From: Lophium mytilinum
Lineage: Eukaryota
Reading direction: 5' to 3'
Assembly: GCA_010093605.1 (NCBI GenBank)
Contig: MU004183.1
Location: 2,418,001-2,482,000 of the forward strand
Length of the DNA stretch: 64,000 nucleotides
Shown here: positions 56,401 to 64,000 of the stretch, piece after piece
Numbering within the stretch: the first letter of the stretch is position 1
How the letters are laid out: each line of letters begins with the position of its first letter
Notes under the pieces: generated by a model
Told to the model about the DNA's origin: nothing
Databases searched by the model: none
The model's input: the letters and a program-made list of their open reading frames with translations, nothing else
Translations under genes and position numbers: made by a program

Positions 56401-57274
56401 TTAGTTTAGATCAACCCACTTCATCTCCGGGTTGACGTACTTGACAGCAATCGTGACCTCTGCGGTGGAAACCCACACTCTCTTCGAGATCATGGTAGCA
56501 GCAATCTTGCCACCAACAACGCGAGCTTCCTCCTCATCTTCCGAAGTCCTGCCATATGCAAGACCCATTTGACGCTTAGGGACTCCCACCATGTGCAACC
56601 CCTTGCATCCTTTGCTCCACCAAGGACCTATGCTGCGGCAAGACTCCCTCCCTAGAATAGGCTCCCAAGCACCCGAATAGTTGGTCTTTGCCTGTGCTAA
56701 ATTCTTCCAGGTATGGTTCTCTTGGCCTTGTTGGAACAAGGTCCTGTACATACCAGCCTGTGAACCATTCTATTAGCAAGGCCGAGTTGTGTGAGCATGT
56801 GAGGTTTCTGTCACATACCTTGACCATGGTGAGGGTGCGAACAATCGCATAGTTGAACTGCTCGCTATCCTGTGGATACTTGACTGTGAACTCGAACTTG
56901 CTAACATTTGGATCGAGGAAGATCTCGAGGGCTTTCGGATTGTAGTTCCAGATCACCGTCGCGACACCGTCAGCGAGACTAAGCTCCGTAGCCTCCGAGC
57001 TGGCCTCCACAACGTGAGCATGACTTGCAGGGCTAGCTGCCGGTAGGTGCGGATGAGCGTCGATACGCTTGAAGGGGTACAAGTTGTGGCTGATCTTGGC
57101 ATACTGGGATGTGGTAATAATCTCGGTCTCATCGCTCTCCTCGCTCTCATATTCGGAGTCAGTCGCATGGATGTCGTCGCCCGTTTCAGCTCTCTTCGAC
57201 GTGGGTATGCTCTCCGAGGCTTCGGCTTTCCGCTTCGTGCCTGGGTTCAGCTCGTTGTTGTCGGTTGAAGCCAT
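56401..57274 (-). CDS. Hypothetical protein (orphan family); intron 56758-56818
   Basis: MASTDNN... ORF spliced via GTATGT..GCTAAT..CAG in frame to AGMYRTLF...VDLN*. Confidence 0.75.
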
Positions 57275-57619
57275 GATGGGGGTGACGTGAAGATGTGATG
57301 GCCGGCGACGGAAGCCGTGGCAATGTCTAAAGAGATGGCAGTCGGATGACTCAGCAGGCAGAGTAGCGCGCCTGTGGATGTGCGGTGTGAATGGTGAAGT
57401 GAAGAGTTGACTCTTGGCAGAGCTGATCTCGCCTTGAGACACCTCTGGACTAACCACAAACCACGACACTACACTACAACATCCTCATGTCCCCAATCTC
57501 GACTCGTCGCTGTGCAAAATCGTAGATCTGGGTATGGCGTCCGGAGGGTCCTACAGGTACTGTCAACATTAGCAGGAAGTCATAAATGTGCGCCTACTAA
57601 CCACTTCACTTGCAGCGCA

Positions 57620-58386
57620 ATGGATGTCCATTTCCCGTTTAATGAGTCAGGCGGTCTTCCGGAGGACTTCAACAAGCTGTGAGTTACTTTAGAGACGAAC
57701 ACTTCTGCTTCTCTGAATGCGTTCTGATTTGGCGCAGATTGACAGGACCTACGATCAAAGTAGTCGTGGGTCGCTCTGGTGAAGACGATGCTACCTGGGG
57801 CATTCCACGCAAGCTTCTCTGCAACCACTCGAAGTTCTTCCAAAAGGCCACAGATCCCAGCCATGGCTTCAAAGAAGCGCTAGAAGGCATGGTGCTTCTT
57901 CCCGAAGAAGACCCCGAAGTATTCGCCCATTTCGTGAGCTTCATCTACACAGGTGGTTATTATATCGATGATGACGCGATCGCGATCTCGATGAATAACT
58001 ATGACGCTCCGAACGCACATGCTGCGATTTGGATGCTGGCAGATAAGCTTTTCTCACCTCGCCTCCAATACCAGGCAATGAAGAAGTTGTACGAGAACTA
58101 CATTCCCACGAACCAGGGGTCCATTTGGTACCTGTTGCCCCACGCGGTATCATTCGTCTTCCGCAACGTCCCCGAATCATCAAAGTTGCGGCTTTTCATG
58201 GAGGATACCGTGGTCCAATACTGGGACAATCGGGACGTTGTTGATATGAATTGGAGGGACGAGTGGATCAAGTTGTGTCTAGACAATCCGGACTTCAACA
58301 AGAAGCTGCTTCTTCGCCTTTCTTATCCGGCCGTGCAGGATGGCCAGTATCTCAAACCCATGAAGCACTACTTCGTAGGGTTCTAG
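57620..58386 (+). CDS. BTB/POZ domain protein; intron 57679-57737
   Basis: TIKVVVG..IPRKLLCNHSKFF..FKEA..LPEEDPEVFAHFVSFIYTG..WMLADKL. Confidence 0.9.
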
Positions 58387-58659
58387 GGATGAGCCGGCCT
58401 CGAATCCGGATGAGCATATCCCCGCTTCCAAATTCTTCCATATCGGAGAACACGACGGTTGGACTTCTATGCTTAAATCAAACTAAATTACTTGTCGATA
58501 TCACCGGAATACGGAAGATCGGCATTCCTATCATTTCTCTGCATGCCTCGTACACTTTGCAAGAAACTCTTGTAGCTGGATTATGATAGGGAACGAACCT
58601 TCAAAATGAAACATCTTTCACAAACCATATGAACTTGCCACAAACGAGAGAGAGAACTG

Positions 58660-60716
58660 GCCTCTAATCTCCGCCCTGTTGACTATGACATCGCCTCCTA
58701 GATTATCATGGCTATGCAGGGTCAGTCTAACATCGTCACTATGCGGGCAAAGAGCTGCAGATTTTCAACCTCTGATCTTCGTTTCGCGGCTTTTGACACA
58801 GTCGCCCGAACTCGATTACGGAAAGAAGGTACTTCAAGCGGTGCTACGTACTTGTGAAAAACTTTCGAAACCGCGCCCTGCGATTAACGCCTCACCGTCT
58901 TTGACATTAGCGCCAGATCCTTTTTCTTATGTGAGGCACCTCAAACGGCGGCGTGTACCTGTCAAAAGAGCTTCAAACCCACAGCCTCCAATTCGTGCCT
59001 CATGATCTTTGACACCACAGCCACATCCTGTTTCCGTATGTGAGGTACCTCAAACAGCGGCGTGTACCTGCTAAAGCGTCCAGTTAAGCGCCATCTAATT
59101 CGAGCCCTATGGATTTGGACATCATCAGTAGATTCGGGATCTGTACGCGGCGCACCTCAAACAGTACCACGTACCTAGCAAAGTCCTCCGATCTCGTAGT
59201 GTCCAATTTGCATCCGACGGACTTTCGCATTGCCTTCTATGTTCGGATCAGCACATGAAGAACCTCAAACGGCGTCACCTACCTGGAAAATGGCCATGCT
59301 TCACAGCCCGATCTGCGTCGCGACTGCTTTAACATCGCCTCCAAGCTTTGCAATCATGCCTGGAGGACCTCAAACACCGCTACTTAGGTGGGAATTCACC
59401 GTGACTTCGGGCTGTTCAATACGCGTCCTGTAGATTTTGACATAAGCCTCCGATCCTACATGCATATGCATGGCGCGTCAGACGATATCACATACTTAGA
59501 AAATCATTCCGATTCGAGGGTGTCCAATTCCCATCTTGAGGCTTTTGACATCCTTACCGGGAAAGCCATCCGTACCGAAAGGACCTCAGACAACGGCACG
59601 ACATAGAAAACTACTACGATTTCGTAGCGTCCAATATACAACTTCCAGAATGTGATATTCTTCTCAAAAATATCAGGCTCACGGGGAAACCCCTTCCATC
59701 GCTATCCAGCTGGAAAAGTGCTGTAATTCCGCAGTGTCCAATATACGACTCCCGGAACGTTCTAACCATCTCGAAAATTTTAAGCTTACGGGGACACCCC
59801 TTCCATCGCTAACAAGCTGGAAAAATAGTGTAATTGGAGGTAGTTCAATATGCGCTTGGGCGAGCTTGACATAATGGCTGGAATTTCTAAGCCCTCGGGG
59901 GCGCCCTTTCCAGCGCTATCTTAGTGGAAAAGGGCGTCGATTCGACGAGGTTAGATATAAGAGTTGGATACCTTTACATCCTAGTCGAAAATTCTAAGTA
60001 CCTGGGGGCACTCCTTCTAGCGCTATCTTATTGGAAAAGTACCGCGATTCTAATACTCACGATCGAGAATATTACATCGGTTTTGCAAACTTTAAGCCCC
60101 TCGGAGGACGCCTTCCAGCGCCATCGTGTGGGAAAATTACGGGACATGACGATGTCTGATATACGAGTTCCGGAACGCAACATCGTCCCTAGGTCCCGCT
60201 CGGCACCCGAGACCGCTCCTGACGTTGTTAACGTGTTGGAAATGAGCTGATAATTCGCTCTCTCAAATTCACGTGTTTCGGAATGGGACATCGTCCCAGG
60301 TCTCGCTCGGCATCCAAAATTGCTCCTGACAGTGGCGACGCGTTGGAAAAGGGCTAGAATTTCGCAATCTCCAATTCAAGCGTTCCGAAACATGACATCG
60401 GTACTGATTTCCGCTGAACCAGTAGGGGCACCTCAAACGGTGTAATCTTGCTGGAAAAGTACCATGATTCCAACAGGTGCAATGTACGCCTTCTAGAACG
60501 TGACATCTTACCCAGATCCCGCTCGCCACCCGAGAGCGCTCTTGACGGTGCCAACGTGTTGGAAAAGACCTATTAATTCAGGTTGTTTGAAATAGACCTT
60601 CCGGAACGTGACATTGTTGTTCATCTCCGCTGAACTCGTAGGTACACCCCAGACGCCGTCACCCTGCGAGAAAAGCGCCCGACATGGCAGCGTGTGATAC
60701 GCTATACCTTGGACAA
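58660..60716. repeat. Diverged tandem array of about 19 units of ~107-108 bp, apparently non-coding
   Basis: TGACAY-like anchors at 58686, 58794, 58902, 59010, 59117, 59225, 59330, 59438, 59546, 59653, 59760, 59867, 59974, 60072, 60178, 60286, 60393, 60501, 60609. CACCTCAAAC or CCCTTCCA recurs at ~+36, GGAAAA at ~+60 and TCCAAT at ~+85. Confidence 0.9.
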
Positions 60717-61189
60717 GCCAACTTGAGACTTATTCGGAATGGTTTTGATTGATCTTTTACCCACCTGAAGCAACTCTGCACCTCTTTCAGGAAAGAAAAC
60801 GCGACGGCGGAGAAGCTGATTCGAAGAGGAAGATATATGAGAAGAACACATAGTGTAAATTGTACCTACCCATTTTGGGTCAACAAACCCAATACTTCCA
60901 CAACAACCCACAAAAACACCGAGAGCGTAGTGACTAATCCATCTAGAAAGACTAACACAAGCGACCCACGGTGGCCACGTCGTGTCTCTCGAAAAAACAA
61001 CAAATCTCCCAAAACTTACAAAAACAGCCCCCTTATGTAAGAAAAACTCCCAAGAGAACCGGAAGCCTAGTCATTTTTACTACCCAGAAGGACAGACACA
61101 ACCACCAAAAGGTCGTCACGTCATGTCTGTAGTAAAGCTCCTGAATGTCCCAAAAACACCTAAACGCCTAGAAGCACCCAAAGTCCCCC

Positions 61190-62653
61190 CTATCCGTGAC
61201 TCGCCACCGCCCTCTCCAGCCACGCCGTCTCCAACTTCAAGCAGCATTTCCAGCACACCTCCTGCCGGCACGCCCGGAGCTCGCACTGCCAGACACTCCT
61301 TCCAACATTTCTCCCGCAAGCGTCACACCCCACCCGGACCTCACACCCCACGCGTACCCCTCTCTCGTTCAAATAAGTGACCGGAACGTCGTTGATGCTG
61401 CCGCTTTGGGGGACGCTCTCGAGCCTAATTTCGCGGAAAAGGTGCCCAGAGATGACGCAGTGGTGCTTTGGGTACGTGAATGAGCCTTCTTCCTCAACAT
61501 TGAACATTTGGGGTGAAAGTATGGGGATTTTAAGGTATTTACCTGGACGCTGTGTAGCCTCTTGCGCGTTGTTCGCGTTGAAAGGCGCATTGCGTCGACG
61601 CCGAGGGGACGCCGCACCTCCACGCTGCGTATCGATCGCGGACACAATGGCCGCGATGCTGTACCCTTCCGCCTCTCTTGCCAGATCTTCGAGCAGGCCG
61701 CGTTCCAGGCTCTGCAGAGGACTTGTGACGCTGAGGCGGGCCATTTGGGGCGGCCTCCGGAGGTTGTGCGCGATGTTGTAGGACTTTCGGCGCGACGGGA
61801 CGTCCACGATATGGGGGCTTCTTGCGGGCTTTGTGTACAGCACCGCTCGCTGTCCGCCGATGCCGGACTCCAGAACATCGGTGTCGTATTCACTGGTTGC
61901 AGGGTCAGCTGACGCGTTGGAGGGCTTCAGGGAGGCGCGATACTCAGCCGAATCTGGCTCGTCTTCTTCGCGGATTGAAGGTAGTATCGCGCGCATTCTT
62001 TGTCGAGTCTTGATTCGCGGGCCTCGGACTCGGGATGCGCGGACGGCCCTCAGAAGGTCAATGAGTTCCTATGCGTTTAGTACAATCTCGATAATGCGTT
62101 GAGGGACACTTACACCGCCATCAGCCTTGTCAGAGACGCTCCGTTCTTCGCCTCGAAGACTGTCCATTTTCTTCACCCTCTTCAAGGTAGGCAGATTTGA
62201 AGCCTTGCCCTTGCCCTTCTGTCCAGCCTTATCTTCCTTCAAGACCACCTTGACACCGCGAACCAGCCGCCCACCAGAACCAGTCTCAGACCCAGATCCT
62301 CCAGCGCCAGAAACAGATTGTGCTTGTGTACGTGCAGCGGCGCGCTCAGAATACGTACCTCGAGATAGAGTCTGTGTAGCTTTCAAGTTGCCGATGTGTG
62401 CGCGCCTCCGAAGTCCTCCACGAGTCATCGGCGACAACGGGTCCCTAGTCCTGTTCGAGTCCCACAGTGCCAGCGAGCGCATCTGCGGAATCGGTGATGC
62501 GGGGATGATCGATTGGCCGAGCGTCGGTCCTGACAAGTCAGAGTCAGATGCTGAAGTATCCGATCGAGGGGTTTCGTCGTCCTGCCACCATGGTCGCGGG
62601 AAGGTCGGGGCGGGCGGAGGAGGGAGGTTCGTGTCAGACATTGCGGCGGTCAT
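61190..62653 (-). CDS. Hypothetical protein with a C-terminal Cys/His-rich putative zinc-binding domain; intron 62069-62113
   Basis: A GTAAGT...ACTAAA...TAG intron joins the two ORFs in frame; C-terminus HHCVISGH...CDAC...CELRAC..VCWKC. Confidence 0.7.
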
Positions 62654-63414
62654 AGAGGAGGAGCGTGCGTGTGTGTGATATGACGTGGCTGATGAGAGGC
62701 GTGTGCTATGCGTGACGGTTGATGCGTGACGGTCGAAGCGTTTTGGCTGTAGCGTGGTGGTCGTTGTGATGAGCGAGCGGGAGCGCTGGCGGAAAGACAA
62801 GAATAGTTGGCTCGAGACTTGTGGATAGACAGCCGTGAAGGAGACCGCACACTCTCCGAGCAATGAGCGCTCTGGCGAGTGGAAAGCGGTGTTCTGTACT
62901 CGATCGTGCGTGAAGATAGGGCTCGAACGGTGGTGTAAAGGTTCGGAGGTGGAGGATGGTCGGACGGTTTAAGAGGTTGAGCGAGCAGGAGTGAGATGAA
63001 GAAGCGCGCTTAGACGCGCCGCGCTTCGATGTGATGAAGGAAATGGGCGACTGAGTGACGGAGGTGAGAAGGGTGTCGTGTTCACATGAGAGCAGGCGGC
63101 CAGAGACGTTGTTGAGGGTCGAACTAGAGCTCTGCGCTTCTTCACCAATATGTGCAGTAAGAAAAGTGATGATACGAGGCGATCATTGAACTATACGAAC
63201 CATCTTACAGTCAACTGTGCTTGGGGTATTTCAATCATAAGTACCGACTCATCATGCGCTAGACACCTTCGCAATGCCTCTGAAAACGTCCTAATACCCC
63301 CGTGACCCTTGGTCGCCTTGAAGCAAATATGAAAACGCTGTTATTGCCATGTATGCAAACCATAAACTATCGACTTGAAGATGACCTACCGCTATGAGAA
63401 ATCAAAAGCAAACC

Positions 63415-64000
63415 TCAAGGACGATCTTTCGAAAAACTCAACCGCGCAACCTGTTCCACCCGTCCACTGCTGCTTCTCTTGTGGTCTTCGCTTGGCGATG
63501 TTGGAGTTGTTGGAGATGTCAGCTCTAGAGAACGACGAAGACCTAGACCAGCCGTGTTACCTAGGCTTCGGGAGCTGTCAGGGCTCTTTGGTAGACGAGA
63601 GATGTGCATTGATTCGAGCGAATCAGGTTCGCGGGGAGATGCAGAGGCCTTGCGTGGAGAAACACCAAGCCCTCGATGACCCTCAATAGGCGGCGGCGAC
63701 CTCGTTAAGAAGTCCGTGATCTCTGCTTGACTTGTCCCAGAAGTAGAAGCTGCATCACTGTCCTTGTCGCTTGGTTGGCTAGCAGTTCGTCTGTGGCTTT
63801 TCGGTGGCTGGAGTTGGAGGAATTTCTGAATGGCATTTCGGTCGTCACCTTCATCATCGTCGTCGTCGTCAGATGTACCGTCGAAGTAGGAGTCGTCCCA
63901 TACCGTCGAGTCTCTGCTTTTAAGACTCCGATTGGACGCACTATGGGCATATCCACCATCAAGGGAGCCCTTAAGCGGGGCTAATTCATCAGCCACCTCC
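63415..64000 (-). CDS. 3' part of a Ser/Asp-rich hypothetical protein (truncated by the window edge)
   Basis: Open frame running off the right edge; low complexity; no recognised domain. Confidence 0.55.
   Translation of the reverse strand, partial: EVADELAPLKGSLDGGYAHSASNRSLKSRDSTVWDDSYFDGTSDDDDDDEGDDRNAIQKFLQLQPPKSHRRTASQPSDKDSDAASTSGTSQAEITDFLTRSPPPIEGHRGLGVSPRKASASPREPDSLESMHISRLPKSPDSSRSLGNTAGLGLRRSLELTSPTTPTSPSEDHKRSSSGRVEQVARLSFSKDRP

Noticed and set aside
58900..59300. Minus-strand CAG|GTAC in array units as repeated splice donors of a micro-exon gene
   Set aside because: The motif is lost in later units and consistent branch/acceptor signals are absent.
58660..60716. Array as CRISPR, 5S rRNA/tRNA cluster, or intact repeat-protein gene
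   Set aside because: Eukaryotic context with no cas genes and no identical repeat/unique spacer pattern; no 5S or tRNA motifs recognised; frameshifts and stops in all frames.

Overview
Filamentous ascomycete (Pezizomycotina-type, intron-containing) genomic DNA in two sharply separated compartments. (1) 32-26462 is an AT-rich, stop-riddled block mutated by RIP (repeat-induced point mutation). It resolves into three nested Ty3/gypsy LTR retrotransposons. Element A is on the minus strand (205-bp LTRs, TSD TCTA/TCTG). Element B sits inside A on the plus strand (201-bp LTRs, TSD ATTAC). Element C sits inside B's RT/RNaseH junction on the minus strand (211-bp LTRs, TSD AACGC). The block has two assembly gaps. 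(2) 26463-64000 is GC-balanced and gene-rich. It holds two small orphan coiled-coil ORFs, CENP-H, ATG11, a hypothetical gene, HSP12, FIG1, two BTB/POZ genes, NOT1, a HOF1/Cdc15-like F-BAR-SH3 gene, a tandem pair of orphan paralogs (one with an in-frame TGA), a Cys-rich orphan gene and a truncated gene at the right edge. The most unexpected feature is an apparently non-coding, highly diverged array of about 19 units of ~107-108 bp (about 58660-60716) between two convergent genes. Its short motifs keep a fixed spacing, and most units carry a dyad at the same position whose sequence varies. All calls were made by eye from the sequence and ORF track; no database searches were run.
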